Position numbers and translations under genes: made by a program. The notes beneath the pieces are model-generated. The model was not told the DNA's origin. It saw nothing but the letters and a program-made list of their open reading frames with translations, and searched no databases. This document shows positions 17,321-26,836 of a DNA stretch of 64,000 nt, in pieces. The stretch comes from Candidatus Cloacimonadales bacterium (lineage in GTDB: Bacteria; Cloacimonadota; Cloacimonadia; Cloacimonadales; JAIOQZ01). The number at the start of each line of letters is the position of its first letter. The first letter of the stretch is position 1. The stretch spans positions 1,824,001 to 1,888,000 of the forward strand of contig OY771587.1 in the NCBI GenBank assembly GCA_963674825.1, in the 5' to 3' direction.

Positions 17321-17368
17321 TGATTCGTAATCAGCAGGTCGGGGGTTCGAATCCCCCTTTTAGCTCCA
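17321..17368 (+). pseudogene. 3' half of tRNA-Thr(CGT); probable att core (attR-like island boundary)
   Basis: TGA-TT-CGT-AA-TCAGC anticodon arm, AGGTC variable loop, GGGGG-TTCGAAT-CCCCC T-arm, TTTTAGC-T-CCA end; no D-arm upstream; follows a recombinase gene. Confidence 0.88.
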
Positions 17369-17377
17369 CGATAAAAT

Positions 17378-17407
17378 AAGGCTCCGAAGCGATTCGGGGC
17401 CTTTTTT
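17378..17407 (+). terminator. Intrinsic terminator downstream of the tRNA-Thr fragment
   Basis: AAGGCTCCGAA-GCGA-TTCGGGGCCTT followed by a T-run. Confidence 0.8.
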
Positions 17408-17455
17408 GCTGCAATCAAATGGTACCACAAACAAAAATCTAATTAATGCTTTCTC

Positions 17456-17499
17456 TGCGATTTCGCATAGCGATTCCGAAGAAACCCTGCGATATCGAA
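17456..17499. promoter_or_regulatory. Putative enhancer sites for module 2
   Basis: Palindrome TGCGA-TT-TCGCA (17456-67), with related AGCGATTCCGAA (17469-80) and TGCGATATCGAA (17488-99), about 90-135 nt upstream of a -24/-12 element. Confidence 0.45.
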
Positions 17500-17589
17500 A
17501 AACTACTCACTCTTCCTGAATCAGCCGGCAGCGTTCATATATGTTTGTGTAATAAGAAAATATGGCTTCTTCGTTTCCTTTGGATCGTT

Positions 17590-17605
17590 TGGCCTCATTC
17601 ATGCG
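17590..17605 (+). promoter_or_regulatory. Sigma54 (-24/-12) promoter of module 2
   Basis: TGGCCTCATTCATGCG: GG(17591-92)-N10-GC(17603-04); same ATGC -12 variant and nearly the same distance to the start codon as the promoter at 3548. Confidence 0.65.
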
Positions 17606-17627
17606 ATACTGCATAGCGGGAGTCATT

Positions 17628-17927
17628 ATGAACGTGCTTATCGTAAATCAGACGCAGCCTCTATACGAGAAATTGAGCCGTATGCTATCCGATCATACCA
17701 TCAATATCTTCAGGGCTGAGACGATCAACCGGATCGCGGAAATCTTGAATCAGAACGAGATCGACCTTGTGCTGATGGAGATCCATTCGCTGTCCGACGT
17801 CGCCCTGCTCGATTTCATCAATCGCAACTATAAGGATATCAACTTACAGCTGATAGCCGATAATGTTACCAACCGCCTTCTGACCACGCTGAAAGAGGGT
17901 AAATACACGATTTTTCAATCCAATTAA
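17628..17927 (+). CDS. Small pseudo-receiver domain protein (99 aa from the likely start MNVLIVNQ)
   Basis: RBS GGGAG before ATG 17628; MNVLIV beta1; 'EIDLVLME' with Glu at the phosphoacceptor position; positional counterpart of 3587-3940. Confidence 0.65.
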   Translation: MNVLIVNQTQPLYEKLSRMLSDHTINIFRAETINRIAEILNQNEIDLVLMEIHSLSDVALLDFINRNYKDINLQLIADNVTNRLLTTLKEGKYTIFQSN

Positions 17928-17938
17928 AGGAGAAAAAT

Positions 17939-20900
17939 ATGAGAAACACATCCATGATTCTTCTCTTGATCTTTCTGATTGCCGGCATCACGATGTTTGC
18001 CGAGAATGGAGGAACCTGCCTCGAATTCGATGGCGTCGATGACTATGTGGCGATTGCACAAAATAGCGGTCTTCCGATTTACGAAAACGGAACTCAGCTT
18101 ACCATCAGTGCATGGGTTAAGGCCACGAATGAACACGACAATCGTGTCTATTCCGAATCCAGTACAGGCGATAACGATCTCCTCTTCTGTCTGGGCTCAT
18201 ACACCGGCGGGTATTTCCGTGTATATATACGCAACGCCTCGGGAACGGTGCTTTGCGAAGCGGTCTCCACCAGCCTTGTATTCGATGAAACCTGGCATCA
18301 CTTCTGTTATACGGATAATAATGGCGATGCTCATCTCTACATCGATGGCGTTGAAGACGCGACCGATTTTTCATACACAAGGCAGACGCTTGACTTCAAC
18401 CGCTCCACCATTGGCGGTATCTATCGCACAGGGCTAACCAACAACATCGAAGGATGCATCGATGAGGTGCATATCTACAATCGTGCGCTTACCTCCAGTG
18501 AAGCAGCGCTGGAAATGTATCTGAGCCTTGACGGAACCGAAACCGGACTGGTCTCGAGCTGGAACTTCAACGATGGCTCTGGAGCTTCACTCAACGATGT
18601 TACGGGCCATAACGACGGGACCCTGTACAACATGGATAATGCCGACTGGGTCGCCAGCGATATTCCTCTCCATCAGGTCGCGAGTGGTTCCTTCACATCA
18701 GATACGATCTGGGCTGCCGACACAGTCTATGTCCAGAATGACGTTACGGTTGAAGATGGTGTTACATTGACGATCAATCCTGGCGTGACAGTCAGCTTCA
18801 CCGGTCGCTATAAGCTGGATATCAGCGGACGATTGCTGGCGATCGGAACGGAGCAGGATTCGATCCGGTTTACCGCTGACGCTTCAACTGGCTGGGGAGC
18901 AATCCGTTTCTATAATACACCAGCCACCAACGACAGCAGCAAGGTTGTTCATTGCGTGCTTGAGAATGGCAAATCCGGAGGAAGCGGCTACGATCTATAC
19001 GGTGGCGCAATGTTTTTCAATAACGTTGATAAAGTACTCGTCAAGGACTGCACTTTCCAGAATAACAATGTCGTCGAAGGCGGAGATGGTGGGGCGATTG
19101 CTCTTCGCTATAGCGTTCCTGCAATCTATAACTGCGTCTTCAAGAATAACATGGCGAACGGAGAAGGTGGCGCACTCTTTTTTCATGAATCACAAGCTGA
19201 CGTTGTAAACTGTCTGTTCCAGAACAATAGCACCACATCATGGGGTGGCGCGGTTAGCCTGATTTATTCATCCGGTGGATCGTTTACAAACTGCTTATTC
19301 GATGGAAATCACACGACATCCAATGGAGGGGCGATTCGCTCAACCTGCTCAATTACCGTGCTGAACTGTACGTTTGTAGAGAATCAGGCAGACATGGGCG
19401 GTGCGCTGAGCTTCTCATCCGGGATGGGAGGAACAATACGGAACTCCATTCTATGGGGAAACAGCGCCAATACAGGTAATCAGGTTTGCGTAAGCGGTAC
19501 AGTCAATACAGATTTCCATTACTGCGATATCGAAGGCGGAACGGATGGCTTCGGATACAATACCGGCGCTACCTGGACCGGTGATTTCAACAACAGTTTT
19601 GTTCTACAGCCGAATTTCAGGGGAACAGGAGACGATCCCTGGAAGCTTTCTACCAATTCACCCTGTATCAACTCGGGTGATCCAGCTACATCGATGTCCG
19701 GTATTGCGCTCAATGCGCTGGACGGCTATGGAAGATTCTACGAAGACACATCAGTAACCGGCTGCCTGGCCGAAGCGCTTGGTCGAGTTGATCTTGGTCC
19801 ATACGAAAACCCATCGATCAACAATCTTCCTGACGGTACCGTCATCGACGAAGATCAGAACTTAGTCGGAAGGTACTATATCTATCCGGGATTCACCACA
19901 ATCATCGAGCCGGGGGTTACCCTCGAGCTTGCAACCAATGCGGAATTCATCGTTTATGGCAATATCATCGCCGATGGTACTGCTGATCAGCCAATTACGT
20001 TTACTCATGCTTCCGAGTATGACGACTGGTGTGGACTCATCTTCCGCGATGTCATGCCGGATATCGCAACTGCATCGCATTTCGAGTATTGTACCATCGA
20101 GTATTCGACAGGCGATAACTATGTCAGCTATCCCGATTTCCTCACCGGTAGCTACCTCTCTTACAGCGATGGTGGAATCATTTACGCCGAAGATTACGAA
20201 GATCTTACCTTCGTCAATTGCCGCCTTCGCTATGGCGCTTCGGATGATGATGGCGGTGCGTTGTACCTTGATAACACCAATCTCAGCATGACCGGCTGCG
20301 TTCTGACCAATAACTACTGCGATGACGATGGTGGTGCGATCTACAGTACAGGTTCGGAGGTCAGTCTCATCAACTGTACGATCGCTGATAACAACAACAT
20401 CGGTACTGGGGGAGCTCTCTACTTCTCAACCTACAATCCTCAACCGATTATCACAAACTGTATTATCTGGGGAAATCACAGCAGTGCGATTGTACCCGGA
20501 AGCGGTACCCTGACAGAGGTAACCTATTCCAATATTCAAACCGTCTTTTTCGGTACTGGAAACACCTGCGTCGATCCCGGCTTCGAAGGAAGCGGAGAAC
20601 ATCCGTACGCGCTTCACGCAGATTCCTACTGCATCAACATGGGAACGCCAAGCACTTCCGGGCTCGACCTCCCAGCAAATGATGTACAGGGGAATCCGCG
20701 TATTCATGCGCACACATACTCAACATCCGATCGGATCGATATCGGCGCATACGAGTATCCGGGATACTTGGCACCGGCGAACTTCACGGCTTCGGACGGC
20801 TCCAATGAATATTCCGGATACGTGCAGTTATTCTGGGAATACAATGCGGGTTACGATCCCGAGCCCTCCGGATACCGCGTATTTCGAAACGATGTGAGCA

Positions 20901-23900
20901 TTACCACTCTTCCGGGACAGACGACCTCCTACTCCGATTACACTGCCATACCGGGTGAATTCTATACTTACTACATTCAGGCATACAACGGTAGTGAAAT
21001 CGGTAACTCGGACACCGACAGCGGCTATCTCAAGCCCAATGGCGTGATCTCGGGTACGGTTACGACTGCAAACGACAATCCGGTTTCCTCCGTACAGGTC
21101 TCGCTCAATCCTTCACCCGGATACTGCCTGCAATTCGAGGATACCGATAATTCGCTTATGACCATTACCGACCCCGAAATGGATATGAACTACAACTACA
21201 CTGTCGAATTCTGGGTTCGCACACCTCTCGGTAGCCAGACCGTTCTGTCGAGAGGCAATTTTGTGTTCGCGATCAACTCGTCGGGCAACATGACCTTCAC
21301 CAACGGTATCAATACTCTGACGCAGGCTGCCGATTCGGTGGATGTAACGGATAACGCATGGCACCACGTTGCGCTGGTCAACGACTACACGAACACAGTG
21401 GTGACCATGTATCTGGACGAATATGAAGTGGCATTTTCGACGACTTGGACACTGGGCGCTGGATCGCCCGGCGATATCGTCAGCGGCCCTGACTTCGAGG
21501 GTTACCTGGATGATATTCGGTTTTGGTCGTCAGCGCGAACGGAAGATGAAGTAGTGAGTAACATGAACATCATCGCGCCGGTTGATGAAGACGCGCTGGA
21601 AGGTTACTGGACGCTCAACGAAGGAGCCGGAACTGTATTCTTTGACGGCACCAGCAATGCGCATAACGGTGTGATTGTCGATGGTGATTGGTCGGACGCG
21701 GATCCTGGAATCGAGTTAGGTGCGTTGACCAACGATTGGGGTGAATACATCATCAGCCAGATACCTTACGGAACGCAGACGACTTTCACGGTGACACCCT
21801 ACAAAGTTGGGCATATTTTCCAACCGGAGCAGCGTTCCGTTACCCTCAGCGAAAGCAATATTGCGCAAAACGACATCAATTTCACCGATAACTCGATGAT
21901 CCCGATTACCGGTAGAGTCGTCTATCAAGGCACATCCTGCCCAGTAGAGGGTGCGACTATCGAGCTCAACGGCGAAACGGCGGTACCACTCATAACCACC
22001 GACGAGGATGGATACTACAACCTCGAAGTTGAGCACGGCGAAAACTGTATCGTGTCGGTAAGCTACAACGATCATCCCTTCAATCGCACTTGGGATCTCG
22101 GGCTTGTTACCTATCCTCGCACGAACATCAATTTCGAGGACACGTTCAAGACCAATTTCTGGCTGGAAGTCGTGGGTGGCGAAGACTCCTATCCGATCGG
22201 TGAATTTGATGTGACGGTACAGTCTACGAATGGCTGTTACCTTGATGAGATCACCGACGGAAGCTGGGGCTCCGGTGGAATCATGATCGATAACGTTCCA
22301 CCGCTTGATTTCAATATTACCATAGATCCAGCCGGTGACGACCCCTTTTCGCTGGCGATTGACGAGCAGTTCCAGAACATGAAAACGCAGGCGATCGACA
22401 TGACGTCTCCAGGGGATGATCTGGACACGTTGCGATTCGAATGGCGCGCACCGCTCGAAATCGAAGTTGCGTGGCCTGATACGCTCGATCTGCATCATTT
22501 CACCGAATATCCCGAAAACGAATTCTACGTCCTTGGGCAGAATGTCTGGTATAGCGTGACGATAAAGGCATTCGAAGATTACAGTTATGATGGGCATGAG
22601 GATCAGGTGACATGGCTCAGCGATTGCGATCTCAATATCTTCGACGATATCGGAACGCAGGGCGAGACCAACACCAATTTTAATGGTGAGACGGAATATA
22701 CTTACATATTTGCGCCATACCTGCCCAATATCCTGACAGGGTATAGCAGGCAGTATCAGAACATGCTTCAGTTCAGCGTCGAAGATACAAACCTCAATCG
22801 TGTTGCAACCCAATCAGACTGGGCGCTGACAGAAGGTGTCAGGCCTACGGAATCTACCTATGCGACCACCTCGCCGGAGATTCCGTTCCTGATCCTGCAC
22901 GATCCTCCTGGAGACGGCAGCCACAGCACATTCTCGCAAAGCAGTAGTCACACGATTGCGATGCAGGCGTCGGTTTGTACGAACATGGAGCACAATGTCT
23001 ATATGAACATCCATCTCGGGCCCGAGTTCAAGTGGGAGACGGGATGCGCGGTTATGAGTGTGGAGCATGAGGTCAGCCTCACGGACGACCTTTCGTTCGG
23101 ATTCACGATGGGAACTTCGCAGACAGAGAGCATGGAGCAACAGCTCACATTCACGACCAACACCTCCTACTCGACATCCAGCGACAGCCAGGTTATCGGC
23201 GATGGTTCCGATCTGTTTGTCGGCGGCGCGGTCAACCTGATTTGGGGTGTTACCAACGAGATTGCCTGGGATGATCTTGAAGAAACGGTTGTCATCGATA
23301 CAAGCGTGATGGTTGTGCCTGATGGATTCGCCACGGTTTACATGTACACAGATCTTCAGATTCGCGAGACTGTCATTCCTAATCTTGAAGCGATTGGCGA
23401 TACCGAAAGCGCGGCTCTATGGCAGAGCTACCTCGAGAAGAATGAAGACAATAAGAACAATGCGCAGCCCAACCCGAATCACCCGAACAACCTCTCATTC
23501 AATGCCGGCGCAGGCTATAGCTTCGAAGAATCCTGTCAGTCGAGCGAGACGCAGTCGATCGTGTTTAGCAGCACAGTCAGCGGTGGATTTGGCGTTGAAA
23601 TCGGGGGGACGGTTGACGGTATCGGCGGTGAAACGGGGTATAAATTCAATGCCGCACTCACGATCGGGCATACGGAAAGTGAAACCAATTCCACGACCAC
23701 AACAACCGGCTTCACGCTTGCAGATAACGATGAAACCTCTTTCCTGAACTGGCAGGCCGACTACTTCACGCTCGATGTTCTGGTCGATCCGGTCTATGGA
23801 ACGCCGGTTTTCGATTTGATTTCAGGTGCGAGTTCGAACCCGTGGGAACCCAACACACAGCCGAGAGACGGAGTCTCGTTCTCGGCCAACACCTATACGC

Positions 23901-26728
23901 AAAACGGGTTACTTGAAGGCGAAGAAGCGGCTTTCATACTGACACTCGGTAATACCAGCCAGACCGGCGAAGATCGCAGATACTACCTGGAAGTCATGCA
24001 AAGCACTAATCAAAATGGTGCTGAGATCAAGATCAACGGTGTTCCGCTCGAAGGTCGGATGGCGTTCGATGTTCCGGGAGGAAGTGCGGTGCAGGCCATA
24101 ATGACCGTAGGTCAGGGTCCCGATGAATATATATACAATAATATCGGCATGACCTTTTATGCCGAGGGAGATCGCGGACGCGACGGCCCGGAAGGCCACT
24201 TTTTCTGGCTGGAAAAATACTTCAATGTGTCATGGGAAGCGCCCTACAGCCGTGTAGCTATCAATTCACCCCAAGATGGCTGGATTCTCAATCAGGAATC
24301 CGGTGACAGCCTTCTCGTAATGCTGACCGATTACGATCTCGATAAACCCGATTTCAATTCGCTCTTGTTCCAATATAAGCATCCTTCCGACGTCGATTGG
24401 ATGCCGGGATTCGAGATTCCGCGGGATTCACTCTCATCGGTTATTCACTACATCGAGTATCCGTGGGATATCTCTGGAATATCGGATGGAATATGGCAAA
24501 TTCGAGCCGGGACAACCGACAACGTGCAGGACAACTACTATACCGACGCACTTACTGGTGTTATTGACCGACATGGACCGCATGTTCTCGAGCCGCCTCA
24601 ACCGTCTGATGGAATCCTGGCGTTTTGGGATGTAATATCCGTGATGTTCAACGAAAAAATAGATCCTCTATCTGTTCTCTACGAGAATATAGAGGTTGAA
24701 GCCCTGGATACGGGCTTGATCATCGATTGCGAAATTGAAACCTTTGAAAACCGGATTGTTCTTACCCCAAACATTGCCAATTTCTGGATGGAGAATAAAA
24801 CCATTCGCGTGACTGTCGATGGCGTGGAAGACCTTTATGGAAATCCCATCGACGAGCCAGTCGTGTGGGAATTCTTTGTGAATGCCAACCCGGTTGGATG
24901 GGATGTTACCAAACTCGAAGTGATCAAGCCGCTTGGCGATGAGATGACGCTTACAGCCGATCTGATTAATACCGGAGGACAGATATCTTCCTTCACGATC
25001 GAAAACATACCGTTGTGGCTTGCCGTCAATCCGGTTTCAGGAACGCTGCTTCCGCTGGATTCGGAGACGATAACCCTCACCATCAGCGACCAGTTGGGGT
25101 TCGGAACCTATCTTGATACCCTGTATGCGAACATCCCGGGCTTGGGTATGGAGCCGCTCGTCATCGAAATCGGTGTTTTGGCCAATCCTCCAGAATGGTC
25201 AACCCAACCGGTGGGAGCATACGATTATTCTATGTCGATTACCGGTCAGATGTCTATCGAGGGTGAAGTATCTCAGGATGCTGGCGATGTCATCGGTGCG
25301 TTTGTCATCGATGGTCAGGGCGATTACGTATGCCGCGGTTTCGCACAAACCGAACTTGTACCTTACCTGACCAGCACCTACGCGTTCTTCCTCACGGTGC
25401 AGAGCTATGTTGAATATGGCGAAGATCTCATATTCCGTATCTGGGACGACTCTGAATGCAAAGAGCATATCGGAATCACCGAGAACTTCACCTTCTTGGA
25501 AGGAGCCGTGTACGGCACGCCGGTGACTCCGACCGTTGTTCACGCCGAACCCGAACTGGTTCGCGAAATCTCCTGCAATCAGGGATGGACATGGTTCTCT
25601 ACCAACCTCGAAGACCAGACGTCCATGTCTGTGAACGATCTGCTGGCGAATCTCAATCCTACCACTGGGGACCTGATCAAGAATCAGACCGAGTACGCGC
25701 AGTATGTCGAAGGCAGCGGTTGGACCGGATCGCTGACCGAAATAACAACCGACGAGATGTTCAAAATCAAGCTAACTACTGCGGATCATCTGCTCATGAG
25801 CGGCCTGCTGGAAGATCCTTACGCGACCACCATCACCTACGGAAGCGGCTGGAATTGGATTGGCTATATCCCGCACGTCAGCGTTAGCGTCGGAGAATCT
25901 CTTGCGGACATCGAAAACCTCACGACGGGTGACCTGATCAAGAATCAGCAGGGATTCGCGCAGTACATCGAAGGTTACGGCTGGGTCGGATCGCTTCTGT
26001 TCATGAATCCAGGCGACGGATATATGCTCAACACCCAGAACGCCGGTACCTTCCACTACCCCGATTACGATCTGACGCGTGGACTGGGCAGCAGACTGGA
26101 CGACGAACGCGTGATCGCCGAGATTCCCTCTGTGCCTGGCTGGGAACTCGATCCGCTCGATTATGAGTACTCCGCAAACATCACCGGCTGTCTGTGGCAG
26201 GACGGAGTGGAATTGCTCGATTCAAACCTGGTAATCGGTGCATTCGATGGAACGGAATGTCGTGGTATCGCATCAGCAATCGAGGTGCAAGGCAGCAACC
26301 TGTATTTCCTCACGGTTTACTCCAACGACTATATTGACGAACTGACATTCTTCACTTACAACCAATCCAACGGTGAGTATGTTGATCTGGATGAGGAGAT
26401 TACGATCGTGAGTAATCAAATCATCGGGGATCCGGTAAATCCTCACCAATTCGATATGCCGACTGGACAGTTGAACGTACCGCAGAATCTCCGAATCACA
26501 ATATCGGATGGTGCTGTCAACCTCACTTGGTATGCCGTGGCCGGAGCTGCTTCGTACAATATCTATTCCTGTGATGACCCCGCGGCTGAGGATGAAAGCT
26601 GGAATATGGAAGCATCCGTTTCCGAAACTTCGTGGAGCCAGGCATTGCCTGCGGGAAATAGATACTATCGTGTAACTGCGAGCTCAGAATCCGTGAGATT
26701 GTTCACACCACTATCCCGAAAGGAATAA
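17939..26728 (+). CDS. Giant secreted multidomain protein (2929 aa), full-length paralog of 3956-13438 with one fewer N-terminal LamG
   Basis: RBS AAGGAG; signal peptide; colinear near-identical blocks with paralog 1 (DSGYLKPNG, GHIFQPEQRSVTLS, TTSPEIPFLILHDPPGD, WEFFVNANPV, YGSGWNWIGYIPHVSVSV). Confidence 0.92.
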   Translation: MRNTSMILLLIFLIAGITMFAENGGTCLEFDGVDDYVAIAQNSGLPIYENGTQLTISAWVKATNEHDNRVYSESSTGDNDLLFCLGSYTGGYFRVYIRNASGTVLCEAVSTSLVFDETWHHFCYTDNNGDAHLYIDGVEDATDFSYTRQTLDFNRSTIGGIYRTGLTNNIEGCIDEVHIYNRALTSSEAALEMYLSLDGTETGLVSSWNFNDGSGASLNDVTGHNDGTLYNMDNADWVASDIPLHQVASGSFTSDTIWAADTVYVQNDVTVEDGVTLTINPGVTVSFTGRYKLDISGRLLAIGTEQDSIRFTADASTGWGAIRFYNTPATNDSSKVVHCVLENGKSGGSGYDLYGGAMFFNNVDKVLVKDCTFQNNNVVEGGDGGAIALRYSVPAIYNCVFKNNMANGEGGALFFHESQADVVNCLFQNNSTTSWGGAVSLIYSSGGSFTNCLFDGNHTTSNGGAIRSTCSITVLNCTFVENQADMGGALSFSSGMGGTIRNSILWGNSANTGNQVCVSGTVNTDFHYCDIEGGTDGFGYNTGATWTGDFNNSFVLQPNFRGTGDDPWKLSTNSPCINSGDPATSMSGIALNALDGYGRFYEDTSVTGCLAEALGRVDLGPYENPSINNLPDGTVIDEDQNLVGRYYIYPGFTTIIEPGVTLELATNAEFIVYGNIIADGTADQPITFTHASEYDDWCGLIFRDVMPDIATASHFEYCTIEYSTGDNYVSYPDFLTGSYLSYSDGGIIYAEDYEDLTFVNCRLRYGASDDDGGALYLDNTNLSMTGCVLTNNYCDDDGGAIYSTGSEVSLINCTIADNNNIGTGGALYFSTYNPQPIITNCIIWGNHSSAIVPGSGTLTEVTYSNIQTVFFGTGNTCVDPGFEGSGEHPYALHADSYCINMGTPSTSGLDLPANDVQGNPRIHAHTYSTSDRIDIGAYEYPGYLAPANFTASDGSNEYSGYVQLFWEYNAGYDPEPSGYRVFRNDVSITTLPGQTTSYSDYTAIPGEFYTYYIQAYNGSEIGNSDTDSGYLKPNGVISGTVTTANDNPVSSVQVSLNPSPGYCLQFEDTDNSLMTITDPEMDMNYNYTVEFWVRTPLGSQTVLSRGNFVFAINSSGNMTFTNGINTLTQAADSVDVTDNAWHHVALVNDYTNTVVTMYLDEYEVAFSTTWTLGAGSPGDIVSGPDFEGYLDDIRFWSSARTEDEVVSNMNIIAPVDEDALEGYWTLNEGAGTVFFDGTSNAHNGVIVDGDWSDADPGIELGALTNDWGEYIISQIPYGTQTTFTVTPYKVGHIFQPEQRSVTLSESNIAQNDINFTDNSMIPITGRVVYQGTSCPVEGATIELNGETAVPLITTDEDGYYNLEVEHGENCIVSVSYNDHPFNRTWDLGLVTYPRTNINFEDTFKTNFWLEVVGGEDSYPIGEFDVTVQSTNGCYLDEITDGSWGSGGIMIDNVPPLDFNITIDPAGDDPFSLAIDEQFQNMKTQAIDMTSPGDDLDTLRFEWRAPLEIEVAWPDTLDLHHFTEYPENEFYVLGQNVWYSVTIKAFEDYSYDGHEDQVTWLSDCDLNIFDDIGTQGETNTNFNGETEYTYIFAPYLPNILTGYSRQYQNMLQFSVEDTNLNRVATQSDWALTEGVRPTESTYATTSPEIPFLILHDPPGDGSHSTFSQSSSHTIAMQASVCTNMEHNVYMNIHLGPEFKWETGCAVMSVEHEVSLTDDLSFGFTMGTSQTESMEQQLTFTTNTSYSTSSDSQVIGDGSDLFVGGAVNLIWGVTNEIAWDDLEETVVIDTSVMVVPDGFATVYMYTDLQIRETVIPNLEAIGDTESAALWQSYLEKNEDNKNNAQPNPNHPNNLSFNAGAGYSFEESCQSSETQSIVFSSTVSGGFGVEIGGTVDGIGGETGYKFNAALTIGHTESETNSTTTTTGFTLADNDETSFLNWQADYFTLDVLVDPVYGTPVFDLISGASSNPWEPNTQPRDGVSFSANTYTQNGLLEGEEAAFILTLGNTSQTGEDRRYYLEVMQSTNQNGAEIKINGVPLEGRMAFDVPGGSAVQAIMTVGQGPDEYIYNNIGMTFYAEGDRGRDGPEGHFFWLEKYFNVSWEAPYSRVAINSPQDGWILNQESGDSLLVMLTDYDLDKPDFNSLLFQYKHPSDVDWMPGFEIPRDSLSSVIHYIEYPWDISGISDGIWQIRAGTTDNVQDNYYTDALTGVIDRHGPHVLEPPQPSDGILAFWDVISVMFNEKIDPLSVLYENIEVEALDTGLIIDCEIETFENRIVLTPNIANFWMENKTIRVTVDGVEDLYGNPIDEPVVWEFFVNANPVGWDVTKLEVIKPLGDEMTLTADLINTGGQISSFTIENIPLWLAVNPVSGTLLPLDSETITLTISDQLGFGTYLDTLYANIPGLGMEPLVIEIGVLANPPEWSTQPVGAYDYSMSITGQMSIEGEVSQDAGDVIGAFVIDGQGDYVCRGFAQTELVPYLTSTYAFFLTVQSYVEYGEDLIFRIWDDSECKEHIGITENFTFLEGAVYGTPVTPTVVHAEPELVREISCNQGWTWFSTNLEDQTSMSVNDLLANLNPTTGDLIKNQTEYAQYVEGSGWTGSLTEITTDEMFKIKLTTADHLLMSGLLEDPYATTITYGSGWNWIGYIPHVSVSVGESLADIENLTTGDLIKNQQGFAQYIEGYGWVGSLLFMNPGDGYMLNTQNAGTFHYPDYDLTRGLGSRLDDERVIAEIPSVPGWELDPLDYEYSANITGCLWQDGVELLDSNLVIGAFDGTECRGIASAIEVQGSNLYFLTVYSNDYIDELTFFTYNQSNGEYVDLDEEITIVSNQIIGDPVNPHQFDMPTGQLNVPQNLRITISDGAVNLTWYAVAGAASYNIYSCDDPAAEDESWNMEASVSETSWSQALPAGNRYYRVTASSESVRLFTPLSRKE

Positions 26729-26743
26729 CACGCTAATGCACTG

Positions 26744-26776
26744 AAAACCCGTGGGGATATCCTCACGGGTTTTTTT
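26744..26776 (+). terminator. Intrinsic terminator after giant protein 2
   Basis: AAAACCCGTGGGG-ATAT-CCTCACGGGTTTTTTT. Confidence 0.85.
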
Positions 26777-26836
26777 CTGGACAGTGATAGGATAGAATCA
26801 CATGGTTGCCGGTATTATGGAGCACGAGGATCGCTT

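Noticed and set aside
17562..17627. Upstream ATG of the 121-aa ORF
   Set aside because: It overlaps the sigma54 promoter and lacks an RBS; ATG 17628 has GGGAG and starts the receiver-like fold.
3956..26728. Diversity-generating retroelement or recombinase-driven shuffling between the giant paralogs
   Set aside because: No reverse transcriptase, no adenine-specific template/variable pair and no long identical or inverted repeats; differences are dispersed and often synonymous.
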